A stretch of 64,000 bases of DNA from Oopsacas minuta. Lineage: Eukaryota > Animalia > Porifera. Below the pieces are notes generated by a model, which saw only the letters and a list, made by a program, of their open reading frames with translations, was not told the origin of the DNA and made no database searches. The first letter of the stretch is position 1; every line of letters begins with the position of its first letter. The stretch is taken from the NCBI GenBank assembly GCA_024704765.1, contig JAKMXF010000266.1, forward strand, positions 434,001 to 498,000, in the 5' to 3' direction. A program made the translations under genes and the position numbers. Positions 1 to 12,510 of this stretch are shown piece by piece.

Positions 1-55
1 AGAGATTACAAGAAGTGCTAATTTACGAACTTTCGACTATTTATAGTCTTCTCAG

Positions 56-211
56 CTTGAGTATTTACTATTTAGTATGATTCCTTCCAAGGATGGGTCA
101 TATGCTGTGAATTTTTTATTGAAGAATATTGATATGGGTCCCCAGGTTACCAAAAAGCAGGACAACTATGCTTTGACTCATGACACTAAAAATTCCGAAA
201 AATCGGAATAG
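56..211 (+). CDS. Possible terminal coding exon of a gene starting upstream of the window (LEYLLFSMIPSKDGSYAVNFYLKNIDMGPQVTKKQDNYALTHDTKNSEKSE*)
   Basis: Open frame following a ttctcag acceptor-like site and ending at TAG 209-211; no recognisable homology. Confidence 0.25.
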   Translation, partial: LEYLLFSMIPSKDGSYAVNFLLKNIDMGPQVTKKQDNYALTHDTKNSEKSE

Positions 212-575
212 CTGATAAATACCGGAATTCCCAATAAAGTGCCGGTTTTTGCACTAAAAAGTGAAAAATATGCATGAATACGACATGACATGTATTTGTA
301 GAAAATATACAAATATACTTAGTGTTCCAGAAATTATTGTCACAGAACTTTGTTTTATTATATGAAACAACAAAATTATGAATGAATTCAGTAAATTGAT
401 TATGGAAGCTGTATTCGAACATTTTCATAATCAATAATAAATGAATTAATTCATAATTTTATTTTTACATCAAAACAAAGTTATTGACAATAATTTCCGG
501 ATGCGTTATATTTCTACGTACAAACATGCGTACATTTATTGTAAATTCATATTTCCTAGTTCCTACTAGCTTATA

Positions 576-1763
576 ATGAAATTCCTTGTTATTCTAACGA
601 CTCTCTTCTCTCTTATACAATTACATTCTACTGAGATCCCTCTAACAACTGCTAACTCATCTAGCACAAGATTCCTTACATATATGGTGAATCCTCCAGA
701 AGGATTCAATCTCCGTAGAGATGTGTATGTACGTATTTCTACGTTGATACACAGACTGATAGAGAACGGGCAGAATTGGGTGCTTGTGTTACCCCCATGG
801 CCTCACCTCTATCACTGGAAATCAGGTCGCCAAAATGGTCTCTCATGGTTACAGTTTTTTGACATTCAAAGTATGTCCAAATTCATTCCAGTTATCGACT
901 GGATTGAATATCAGAAAATGAATGGGCCTGCCAAAATAGATAGAGTTTGGAAACTAGAAACCCCTGACTTCACAGTAGAAGGATATAAATTCGAGACTGA
1001 GTTCACTCCAATGTCTTGTGAAAACGAAAACACAGATTATACGTTATTCGGTTCATATCATGATCCTATAGCAGAGCTAGGTGTTTACACAATAGAATGC
1101 TATAAGGTTATGGGAAGTACTGATGTATTAGAAACACCATTATCATTAATACCAGAGGGAGAGTTTCTATTGATAGAACATTTTGAGATGATTATGCACT
1201 ATCAGTTTGCTGGAAAGTTATACTGGGCTGCTAGAGCATCCATGGTGTATGCTGAACATTTACGTAGTATTGGTGACGAGTTCATGCTAGAACAGTTTGA
1301 TTTTTCATCAGAGAATAGTTTAACAGGTGACTACCTATCAGTTCATTTACGTAGAGGTGATTATGTGTATGCTAGGCCAGATGAAATACCATCATTAGAT
1401 GGAGCTATACAACAGATAGAGGATAAGTTGAATAGTTTGAATTTGTCAAAAGTATTTCTTGCTTCAGACAGTTCACAGAAAGAATATGATTATATACAAT
1501 CTAAACTAGGTAGTCGTGTAGTGAGATATACACCAAAACGTGACGTCATATCAGTTTTAGGTGATGGTGGTATATCTATCATAGATCAATGGATAGCATT
1601 ACATGCAATGTATTTCATAGGAACTGCTGAATCTACTTTTACGTTTCGTATTTGTGAAGAGAGACAGTTGAAAGGAATTCCTGTAGATTCGACTTATAAC
1701 TGTTTATGTCCTGATACTAAACCAGATTGTATACAATTAATAAAATGGAATGTTGTTACTTAG
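576..1763 (+). CDS. POFUT2: GDP-fucose protein O-fucosyltransferase 2 (single exon)
   Basis: 395-aa ORF with N-terminal signal peptide, YMVNPPEGFNLRRDVYVR, LVLPPW..LYHW, YLSVHLRRGDY and IIDQWI..HA.YFIGT.ESTFTFRI.EER motifs typical of POFUT2. Confidence 0.95.
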   Translation: MKFLVILTTLFSLIQLHSTEIPLTTANSSSTRFLTYMVNPPEGFNLRRDVYVRISTLIHRLIENGQNWVLVLPPWPHLYHWKSGRQNGLSWLQFFDIQSMSKFIPVIDWIEYQKMNGPAKIDRVWKLETPDFTVEGYKFETEFTPMSCENENTDYTLFGSYHDPIAELGVYTIECYKVMGSTDVLETPLSLIPEGEFLLIEHFEMIMHYQFAGKLYWAARASMVYAEHLRSIGDEFMLEQFDFSSENSLTGDYLSVHLRRGDYVYARPDEIPSLDGAIQQIEDKLNSLNLSKVFLASDSSQKEYDYIQSKLGSRVVRYTPKRDVISVLGDGGISIIDQWIALHAMYFIGTAESTFTFRICEERQLKGIPVDSTYNCLCPDTKPDCIQLIKWNVVT

Positions 1764-2211
1764 TATTATTAAATGATGTATTTATTTTACTGATGAAACA
1801 GAGGATGAGATTGTTTAGCACCATATATGGTAGATAATTATGCTAGTATAGATTCCAAATCCTTACAATCAATCTACGACACAAATACTTATATTTTAGA
1901 AGGATTTTTATTATTTTAATTCATACTGATTAGAACATAGAAAACAGAGAATACATGTAATTATGGATTGATGGGTTTGTATAAGATAGGCTGTGCAGGT
2001 GCTAAATGGATAAATGTAAAATAGAATTTAACGTTTGTTTAGATAGCTTTTTTCTGAATATAACACTTACAGTGGAACCTCGTTAATGCGAACACCAACT
2101 GACTGTCAATTTTAGGCGTATTACAAAACTTGGCCCCATGGGTTTTAACATCACCTACAATAATAGTGTAGTACTCAATATCAATTGTTGTAATTACGAT
2201 ATTGTATTAGC

Positions 2212-3747
2212 ATGGCAGAAGCAGATATCAAGCCTAGCGTACTTATCCTAGGAGGATGTGGATTTGTAGGAAGAAGTATAGCCATGTATTTATTGGAAGA
2301 GAAACTAGCCAATAAAGTGTGTATTGTGGATAAACTCGCTCCAGTCTTATTCAGACTAACAGAGAAGGAACAAGAATTGTTCACAAAGATCGAATTCAGA
2401 TCTGGAAACTTATCAAAACCTGAAGTAGCTGATAAGTGTTTTGAAGGTAGCTGGGATATCGTAGTTAACGCAGCAGCTGAAACACGTTATGCTCAATCAG
2501 ATGCTGTTTATAAGGAGAGGATTAGTACATTGGGTGTAATCTGTGCACGTACAGCTGTTAACCATGGATGTAAGAGATTTATACAGGTATTTACCAATTA
2601 TCCATTGAAACGATAAACCAAATAATCTACACTTTATACACTAAATATATACTTCTAAATATTTTTTCAGTTTAGTAGTGCTAGAGTCTACAAGTCCTCA
2701 AGAAATCCTAACAAAGAGAATTCTGAATTAAAGCCTACTACTACTATGCATAATGAGTATCTGCTGTTAGAACAAGAGATTGCTAAGATTGAAGGTTTGA
2801 TTATTATTATTATTACTTAATTAATTACACTACTGTAATTATCAAATTATCAAATCATTTAAAAGATTATATACAACTGTCATTGGCTCTCATGTCTTTG
2901 TTAACTCTTGTTATTCCTCAGGTCTGAACTACATTATAATCCGTACAGCTGATATATACGGACCAGGGATGAATAACAGCTCTCCTATGCTACCTCGTAT
3001 AGTAGTAGGAGCTATATACAAGTACATAGGAGAGAGTATGATGTTGTTATGGAGTAAGAGCTTAGAGATGAATGTAGTACATATTACAGATGTGTGTAGA
3101 GCTACATGGTTACTAACTAGTAAGGGAGAGAGTGGAGATGTGTATAATCTAGCTGATAAGGGTTCTACCACGCAAGGATCTCTTTGTGAGGTATAGTCAA
3201 CTCTCGTTATATAGAAGCTCAAGGGACAGCGATAACTACTTTTATATAAACGGAGTTCGATATGACCGATGAATTGTATGATACTTTGACGGTTTGGGAC
3301 CATATTTGTACAATTTCAGAACGAAGTGATGATATCATTGAAGGAGACTGAATATCTTTTCTAATTACTGTTATTTATATTGTAATTATTACGGTATATA
3401 TTCTCTATTAACAGGTTCTATCAGCATACTTTGGTATAAAGTACAGCTTCATCGGTAGTCTAGTAACACACGCAGTAGGTGTAGAAGATGCTAAAGAATA
3501 CTCTAACGAGAAGCATGTAGCTCCATGGACAGCTCTCTGTGCATTAGAGGGTATAAATACCTCAATAACTCCATATCTTAATGAAGAATTGCTCACAGAT
3601 TATGAAGTTTGTGTTAATGGATCTAAGATAGAAGCTCTTGGTTTCCAATACATTGTCCCTGAGTTCAATTTAGATAGACTTAAAGAGGTGGTGGATGATC
3701 TAGTTGCTAGACAACAATTTCCTAAACATATTCCTTCCAAGAGCTAA
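2212..3747 (+). CDS. NAD-dependent epimerase/dehydratase (extended SDR family), 4 exons
   Basis: Rossmann motif LILGGCGFVG. Exons ~2212-2586, 2671-2794, 2922-3190, 3415-3747 join in frame through GT-AG introns (..RFIQ|FSSARVY..; IIRTADIYGPG; VHITDVCRA; YNLAD). Confidence 0.85.
3194..3352. mobile_element. MITE family A (TIR CAGTCAACTC..., TA target), degenerate copy at the start of SDR intron 3
   Basis: Shares gaagctcaa(a/g)ggac.gcgataa and ggtttgggaccatatttgtacaatttcag with the copies at 21897 and 57970. Confidence 0.75.
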
Positions 3748-4032
3748 CATTATTTTCTATTGCTTTAGTTGTATTTATTATTATTTAGGCTAATTTGTGC
3801 GAGTTCAATTTGCTTTGTAACACACACATATATCGTAGCAAGAATGTGATGTTGTGTTAGAATTATATCTGTAATTATGGAATGTAATTAATAATAACAG
3901 AGATATGTAATCAATATATTACCCGTGAATTCTTATTCTATCGGTTGATTTCTATAATTTCTATCCGAATACTGTTTTCCACTATTACATGTAAACAGCT
4001 CTAAAAGTCATATTTGGGAATTTTCAGTTGGG

Positions 4033-4136
4033 CAATGTAACCTCCCTATAGTCAAGGTTCATTAATATGGGACCAGGAATTCTCTCTATTTTAACTCTGT
4101 TTCCAGAAGTTCCACACGTTTGTGGAGATACACTAG
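4033..4136. mobile_element. MITE family B (TIR CAGTGTAACCTCCACAAAC), degenerate copy
   Basis: caatgtaacctcc ... gtttgtggagatacact termini; internal tttccagaagttcc shared with the 23844 copy. Confidence 0.6.
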
Positions 4137-4317
4137 TACTCTATGTTTTAGGGACTTTGAATCTGGAACTTGACAAACTTCGTGCAACAAAATCGGTCCC
4201 AATTAACTTAGCTTTATGTGGTGGATTGAGGGGGATTCAGATAATTATATATACGTATTGGGTGAATACATCCTATAATTCCATCCATTATCAGGCTATA
4301 TTAGAATAGCTACATTT

Positions 4318-7300
4318 ATGTCTGGTTCAAAAGACGAGGTAGTAAAGCTACAGAAACACCTCTCTCTCCTTAGACAGGAGTATAGCAAGCTACAACAGAA
4401 GTATGTAGAGTTAGAACATAACTACGGTCTGTTATCTGGTCAGACAGGAGCTGGAGCTAAGGATAGCTTTGCTTCTAGATTAGTTAAATCTGCTTCTGAG
4501 TTATTTGATAACAAAAATCTCTCTGACATAACTGTGAGTTAAATATATATATATATTTGAAAATAAATTTGATGTTTATTTGGGTTTAGATAAAGATAGG
4601 AGATAGAGTACTACCTGGACATAAATTGGTACTACAAGCTAGAGGAGCTAACAGCTGGTGTAGTGAAGGAAATCAGGTTATTTTATTTTCTCAATGAATA
4701 ATGTATCGCCAGAGTTCTACTGTATTCTCTATTACAGGAATTCTCTACACTAACAGAACTAGAACTAAATGAGTTAAATGAAGATGTAGGTTTATCTCTA
4801 ATGAAGTGGGTATACACTGATAAGATTAATCTTAATCAGCCCTCTACACACATACACGGAGTACATGACTCTGTTGATTTCTCAGTACAGTTACTAGCTG
4901 CTGCTCACAGGTATAATCTACCTGATTTGAAAGTACATTGTGAGAGATTTCTTATTGGGAAAGTAGATACAGCTAACTGTATTGCACTATATCAGGTGTG
5001 TTGTTAATTATAAGCGGCCTACGGACTTATTATGTAGTTTCTTATTCATGTAAATCTCCACAAACTACTGGAAACAGAGTGAAAATAAGTAAGCCAATTC
5101 CTAGTCCTATACAAATGAACCTCAAACAACTTGGAAACGAGTTGGCATTTTCGGCGCTCTTGGCAACCCGTTTGTGAAGGTTACACTGTACCATCTTCCA
5201 GTATTGAGATTCATTCGCGTATGGATTTAGCATTACATGGGTGTTTCTTCATTTTAGCCAACTTTTATGTGTTTTTTCTATTATTAATACCCTGAGTAGA
5301 ATGGTGGAAAGTTGGTCGCGTGAAAGAATAGTCTCGGAAACATCCAAGTAGGCATAACCACTAATTCAGGGTAAATTCCCACTCCAACCAACACAGGAGT
5401 GCCTCAAAATGACCTAGAACAACAACGAATTTCCCCCTGTACTGAGTTATGAAAATAAATTCGCATACTGTTATCATGAATCATTGCATTCTATCCACGA
5501 ATTCTTAAATAACCTCCCTGATGTGCTTCTATAGCCTATTTTCCTTATTGGAGTGTATCAAATATTATTATAATTCTCTTAATTAGACTTCAGAAGAATA
5601 CTCAGCTCCCCAGCTTAACCATCACTGCCTAGAAGTAATTACCAGTAACTGGGATGGATTTTCTACAGAAGACTTCCTCCCTCTCAACGCTAACCTACTC
5701 TACCAAATGTTTAAGAGGAGATCAGAATATCCTCTCCATCTAGCTATAGAACACAGACGTGATGACGTAGTATTCTTATACCTAATCGAATTCTCTAAGA
5801 ACCTGAACACGTGTCTAGCTCAGAGAGATGAAGATGGCATTCTACCACTGCATTTAGCTCTCGTATTACGTAATGAGGGTATAGCAGAGACATTGATACA
5901 ACATGGTAGTGGAGTAGACCAGTTAGATTCAAAGGAGAATTCACTATTACATTTGGCTATCAAAGCTGGTGACTTATTCAGTGCTAATATGCTTATTTCT
6001 AAAGGCTCTCAGACTGATTTACAGTCTCAGGATAAGTCTACAGTACTGCATTTAGCTGCTGCATACTCGTTACAGTCTCTTTCTGCTACACAGCTAGATC
6101 CTGTATATAGGAAGGTTAGTATTGTCTTATTTGTATAACGTTATACTTAATAGAGCTTTGATTCAGTTCCTGGCAGATATATTGGCTTGGTTAGGCCTGT
6201 GAATGAGAATATTGTTTCAGCTCTACATGATATCCATCTAGCATGCAGGCGAGCGGAATTTCATTATTATTATCATTATTTATGATATTATGATCATATG
6301 AACTGGCCATTTTATAGAAAATCAAATTTTCTACTTGGAAATATGTTAATTAAGCGTGTTAATGGAGGTCTGTGAAGATAAAATGATTACCTGTTAGTTA
6401 GTAAATATATTGTGTTGTTGAATTTCAGTCAGAAAATGAAATAATTCTAATAATGACAATATTCATGCGGCAGGAGAAACTTGTTGTGGGCGGTGGAGCT
6501 GAAACAAGTACCCAACTAACAGTGACCTTATGCTGATATCATTTGCAGCAATGCTCTATCTATCTAATTATGTATTCCTTTAGTTTTCGAACTATCAAAA
6601 AGCGCAGAGTCTAGCTCCACTAGTTACAAAGCTTCTCACTCACGGAGCTAATCCTAATGCACAAAATATGCTTGGAGATTCTCCATTACACACAGCTATT
6701 AAAACAGCTAACTATGAGATTACTGACATACTGCTAGGAGTTCCTGGAATAGATCTTCAGTGTAGAAATTCTAAAAACGAGACTTTGCTCTGGTTAGCTC
6801 TAACTAATACTAGTCAGGATGATTCTCTCCAGGACCTGATGATATTTGAACCTCAGGAGAATGTAGTAGCTAATAAACTAGTTAAGAAAGGTATGTCAAT
6901 GTTTATATTCACCAATTCCGTGTTTCTGTTTATTGAATTAGCTAGGTAGAATTTTTGTAGCTCGTTTGTATTTGGCCTTCTCATTGAATGGGGTTACTAT
7001 TCGACCCGATATGTGCATTATATACAGTAGAGACTCCGCTTAATAGGGTCACTTCGGGGCTAGGCCATATACCAGAGCATGTGGAATTAATGTGTTGTCC
7101 CGATTAACAACTACTTGGATGCTTTCAGCCTATTGATTGGGAAAACGAATTTGCCAAATTTTTCCCTAAATTCTTGAATTCTATATTTTCACTGGATTCC
7201 TTAAAGTCTCGGGAGTGTTGACAAGTATGCCATTTTTACAGAGTCTACTGTAATATTGTAATGCACTACACTGACATGATTCAATATGTTAAATATTAAC

Positions 7301-10300
7301 ACTGAAAATACGCACAGGCTGTGACGTAAATGCAATGTTCCCTGAGACAGAGAACTTACTACTACACGTAGCAGCTCTAGAGGAGAGAGAATCAGCTGCT
7401 TTATTCCTGTTACATCATGGAGCACATACCTCTGTATTCAATAAACATGGTCTAGCTCCTCTACACATAGCTGCTGGCACAGGACTAGTTAAGCTAACTA
7501 CTGCACTGTTAGAGAAATCTGCTAGTCCTAATCTCAGGACTAAGGTAACATACATAAATTTCAATGTAAATTTTTGGGAAAATTCCAAGTTTTAGTGAAA
7601 TAAACACTACATACACACCTTGTAAATATTTATCTTGTTATCGTATTTATCTGTGTAAGAAACAGATTTTCCGCGACTTTACACAAAGAAAATTCGGTGG
7701 TTCCCCTCATTTCCAACTAGAATATACGTATAATTATTTCCTTGGAAGCTATAATAATTTACTATATATTTCAGCACCCAGTATCCAGTCTAGAAGCATA
7801 CCAACCTACTATTCCTATGGTACAAACCCCCTCTACTCCTTGTGACGTGTTCTCTGAAGCAGTATCCTCTTACTTGGATCATCTCTTCCAGAAGATGACC
7901 CCAACTTCTCCTAGATTCAAATCTCTCCCTTTCTCCTCCTCTAGAATCTCACCCCCATCGCCTCGCAAGACTCAGTCTATTGATAAAAATCTACCATCAA
8001 ATGAGAGTCCTCAAATAGATGATTCATCTTACAATCCATTTGGAGACGAAGCTCCTATCGCGCCAATTCCATTTGACCAAATTGTTGCTATGGGCACTGA
8101 GTCAGATTTCAATCCATTTCCAGGTACGTAGAATATTGTTATATGTACTGTGGATACATTCGAATTCCCTTTACTTATGTATTTACCTAGATGAAGAAGT
8201 TATTTCTAAGCCAACAGACACTACAGATGTAATTGAGGAATATATGAACCCATTCGGTACATCTACAGATGAAGAACCTACTCCTATTACTGATGCTACT
8301 CCTACGCTACATAAACAAGTTATACCGTGAGTTGTGCTAATCTAGAGGATTTGTTGATACAGTCGACTCCAGTTATTTCGAACTCTGCTTATTTCCAAGT
8401 AATTTTCGCAGTCCCTTGAGCTTCGATATAATAAGAGCCTTCTTTAAAATTCATTGCATTCCTTTGACGAATTTATAATACTTTTTAGCACAACTTGTGA
8501 CACTACACAATTATACACAGAATCAAAACAAGAGCACAAACTAGTAGAACTAACTCCAGGTCGTACAGCATTACACATTGCAATAGCAGCTAAACAGACA
8601 CAAATTATATCAGCTCTGCTATTCTACCATCAAGAGCATAAACTAGCTATATCAGCACAACTACCATTAGATATAAATATATTAGATGACAATAATGATT
8701 CACCACTAGCATTAGCCTTATGGACACATCAATTGGATGTAGCAGATAGATTAGTACAGGCTGGTAGTGATCTGCAGGGAAGAGGTATAAATATAGGAAC
8801 ATCGCTATTACTAAGAGCTATTTCATATGAGAATTCTGATGCAGCTCATTTCTTGATTCGTTCCCTCAGTCTCAGAGATTCTACTCTCCTAGAAGGAGAT
8901 CTGTCTTTGAGTGCAGCAGTGAAGCATAGACTCCCTGCTGTAGTACAAGCCCTAGTGCAGTCAGGTTTGGACGTAAACACCCCAGACAAGCGAGGCGATC
9001 CTCCTCTTTGGGTGTCACTCCGATCCAAACAAGATGACATCGCTTCAGTCCTGATAGCCTCAGATGGTTGTGACCGCGATTTCTGGCGGGTAGATCCCTC
9101 CATTGGCGTGAAATATTCTCTTCTACATCGTGCTATTCTCTTGAGAGACTCACATACAGCTTGTTATCTAGTCAGAGCTAATGCTAGTATCGATGCTCCG
9201 TTATCAATACATAACCAGTTAGATAGTCCTGGGAGTGATGAATCTAGACTGCAACAGATGTTATGCTCTCCAATGCATCTCAGTAGTGCATTAGGATTAG
9301 ATGAAGTAGTACAGGTGTTATTTGAAAACCAAGCTAACGTGAATAGTGTAGATGCATTGGTTAGATCACCATTACATCTGGCTATTAAATGTAAACAGAA
9401 CATCTGTGTTAAGCTACTACTAGCTCATCCAGCACTAGATCTATCTATCAGAGATGCTTCCGGTAATACTCCATTCTCAACAGCTCTACGTGCTAAGGAT
9501 CATTCAGCTGCAGCTGCTATTCTAGACAGAGACCCACATTCTGCTAATTCTGCTGATTCTAAAGGGAGGAGTTATATACATGTAGCTGTAGAGGAACAGG
9601 ATATGTTTATGCTAGCTTTCTTATTGAAGGTCCAGGTAAGTGTATTAATGTAGTCTATCATAGCGTAAACTTGCCGTAAAGTTCAGTGTGAATCTGTTGT
9701 CCTATGATCTAATATAAAGATTCCAAAGTTCATACGTATCCTGTCTGTCGTATTCACCTGCCTACAATTGGAGGACAATTTGACAGAAATTCATTGTATG
9801 TTACAAACATAGTCGAATTTGAAGAACTCAACTGTATGTTCATCAATTAATTATCAGAGTCAGTTCGATTTCAGAATTATACCAGACATCATTATACAAT
9901 TAACTACAGTATAACTCGGATAAGATGTAACAACATTTAGTACGTATTATCCGAGTTCTACTGTAATTATCCTCATAAATATAGAACTATACGTATGTAT
10001 TCATAGGTAGATGTAAACAGTCCTGTTCTTAACCAGCTACGTGAGACACCCCTCCATCTAGCTATAAAAACGGAGAATGAAACTGTGATAAGACATCTGC
10101 TAGATGTAGCTAATGTTAATCTAGTAGACGGACGTAAACAAGCTCCTCTCCACTTAGCTGTATCTAGGAACCTGCCGCATATAGTAGAAGCTCTGCTAAA
10201 CCATGGAGCTAGCGTTAATATACAGGTGTGTTGAAGTCATATAGTAAATACTATTACTACAAATCAAACAGACAATTGTGCATGTATATTACTAGAATTA

Positions 10301-11463
10301 AACTCGATATATGGAGAACAAACGCGGTTCTCAACCTATTTCAGCCGTGAACCCCCTATATCAATTTTATCACTTTCTGTGGACCCCAGGTTGGTAACTG
10401 CTGTATAAATTGTCTCGATACCTATCCAGTTCAATAGAAACGGGAATGGGTAAAAGAATGTGAATTGAAAGTTTTGAATCCATTGAATGAGATTAACAGT
10501 CAGATGATTTAAGTTTATATATCTAAGCTATGCTATTATGAAGAATCTATACATGTATTACATAGTAATAAGAGCTTGGGAGGGTAAATAATGGATTTTT
10601 GAATTGTTGGAATTATCACATTTTGGGAGATTACAACAAATATATGGATTCTATATTTTTAGGAAAATATAGGATGAGAATACATGATACTTGTATATGT
10701 AAATTATGCTGTAGTAGAATTCCTGTATTGTTAGAAATGAGAGAATTTTCAATACAACAATACGTAATGACCCTAATACAATTATATACAATAATGATGT
10801 ATGTACAGTTCATCATAATATACTCTCATTTAGGATGAGAAGGGCAATAATCCTCTTCATGTAGCCATGGAAAGAGGCTGTCAAGCAAGTGCTTCTATCC
10901 TACTAGGTCATGAATCATGTAACCTAGCTGCTACAAATCTATTAGGACAGCATTATTTACACGTATTAGCATCCAATGCTCCCAAAGGCGAGGTATCTGC
11001 TAACATCTACCGATGCCTTATTGAGATAGCAGGTAGAGAAGCTATACCTATTAACTCGTTAGATGCTGAAGGAAATACTCCACTATTACTCGCGTTTTGT
11101 AACGGAAATATGCTATTATGTGAGGTATTTATTAAAGATGGAGCTCATCCTAGTATTCCTAATCGTAAAGGATTATCAGTGTTCACAGTAGCTACCCCTT
11201 CAATACGCCCTTTGTACCAGGTACTGTCTATGATTAGACGGGAACCTGAATGGTTAGATGGATCCAATTGTTTCAATTCCAGATGTCAAACGAAATTCAC
11301 TTTCGCAGTTCGTAAACATCATTGTAGACACTGCGGTAGACTTCTATGCACAAAATGTTTATCACAACAGATTCCTATATTAAAGTTTGATATTAATAAA
11401 CCTGTTAAAGTATGTGATGTATGCTGTGAATTGCTCTCGAAAGGATTAGCGCTTCATCATTGA
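4318..11463 (+). CDS. ANKFY1: Rabankyrin-5 (coiled coil + BTB/BACK + ankyrin repeats + C-terminal FYVE), 11 exons
   Basis: N-terminus ..KLQKHLSLLRQEYSKLQQKY..; BTB (LSDIT|IKIGDRVLPGHKLVLQAR); many ankyrin repeats; FYVE W..G..C...C..KF....RKHHCRHCGRLLC..C. Exons ~4318-4533, 4590-4676, 4738-4995, 5587-6114, 6584-6890, 7318-7544, 7775-8123, 8191-8326, 8489-9635, 10007-10225, 10834-11463, phases compatible. Confidence 0.93.
5047..5188. mobile_element. MITE family B copy in ANKFY1 intron
   Basis: catgtaaatctccacaaac ... gtttgtgaaggttacactg followed by TA; internal aattcctagtcc.a.acaaatgaacctc shared with the 17333 copy. Confidence 0.75.
8360..8435. mobile_element. Partial MITE family A copy in ANKFY1 intron
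   Basis: ta|cagtcgactcc terminus and gtcccttgagcttcgatat (reverse complement of the family core). Confidence 0.5.
9907..9963. mobile_element. Mini-MITE family C (TIR CAGTAGAACTCGGATAA, TA TSD)
   Basis: ta|cagtataactcggataa ... ttatccgagttctactg|ta: 17-bp inverted repeat with 1 mismatch; related copy at 48634. Confidence 0.75.
10322..10403. mobile_element. hAT/Charlie-like MITE remnant
   Basis: gcggttctcaacct ... ggaccccaggttggtaactgctg termini resemble CAGTGGTTCTCAAC-type TIRs; ~48-bp internal segment is a close reverse-complement match to 33531-33580. Confidence 0.6.
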
Positions 11464-11589
11464 ATTGATTTAGTTGAAATTGTTATTAGTTATTGCGTAT
11501 TGCTAAAATGTAATTTGGAAGATGTTGTAGATATATAGTGCTATTAAACTGTATTTTTATTAAGTCAGATTCTTCGTAAATATTACATC

Positions 11590-11671
11590 CAGTCAGCTCT
11601 CGTTATATCCACAATGATATCCCAAACCAAAGTTACGGTCTCTTGATCTTTGATATTACGAGAGTTGACTG
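11590..11671. mobile_element. MITE family A, internally deleted copy
   Basis: cagtcagctctcgttatatc ... gatattacgagagttgactg|ta: 20-bp TIRs with 2 mismatches. Confidence 0.75.
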
Positions 11672-12510
11672 TATTTGTATCAATTGTATGTTACCAGACC
11701 TTGGTAATCAATTTTATATGTTCTCGAAATGTATATACGTTTTTACGTATACTAAGTACATATATGTGCCCTCAGCCTCCTTGTATTATTGTCCTTTCGA
11801 ATTTATCTCTGTGGCAACCAGTAAAGAATCGCCTAATTCAGAACAAAATGGTAGGTTAACTAGACTTATATGGGAGTATGACATTTGTGTACAAAGCTTA
11901 TGTGACGTTTGTATACAGATATATTTGCACATAAAAGTCTTCCTCTGAACTTTATATTTATACACAGGAATTTCTTTAATAATATAACTACATATATACA
12001 CTACAACTCATTATATCTCTGTAACAGCCTTCGTACGGATTATTAAAATGTTAGAGTTGAATAATCTTGACTATTATAGATAATGAATATTTGCATGTAT
12101 TAATATCACACACATTTATTGAGACTATGGTTTAGAAAGTAATTCCAAAATAGATTGCATAATTATCGCATTTCTTGGCAATATAACACAGGCTATTTTC
12201 AATAAACAATATCCATTTACCTGCTCTTCCAAATAGGCTATAAATTTGTTTCAAATTGTTATCAGATCGCATCAAATCAGATATAATAAATTGAGATTTG
12301 AATCTTCATTTCAAAATAGGAGGTTTTTCATTTCTGAAATCAAGATTTACATTTTCTGCATAAACTTAGTGGTCTTTTATGAGCTCAGGTATTGTTATGT
12401 GCTTGTGATGTGGTGAAGAGATAAACTGCTCAATAGAGAGTATAAAATCTTTGTTAAACTATATCTTGTGTTCTTCCTTTTTTTCTTGCTTTTTCATATA
12501 TTTTTTAGAC

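Noticed and set aside
3191-3414. Introner (intron-generating transposon) hypothesis for MITE-containing introns
   Set aside because: The MITEs occupy only part of each intron and the acceptor lies in separate flanking sequence, so they inserted into pre-existing introns.
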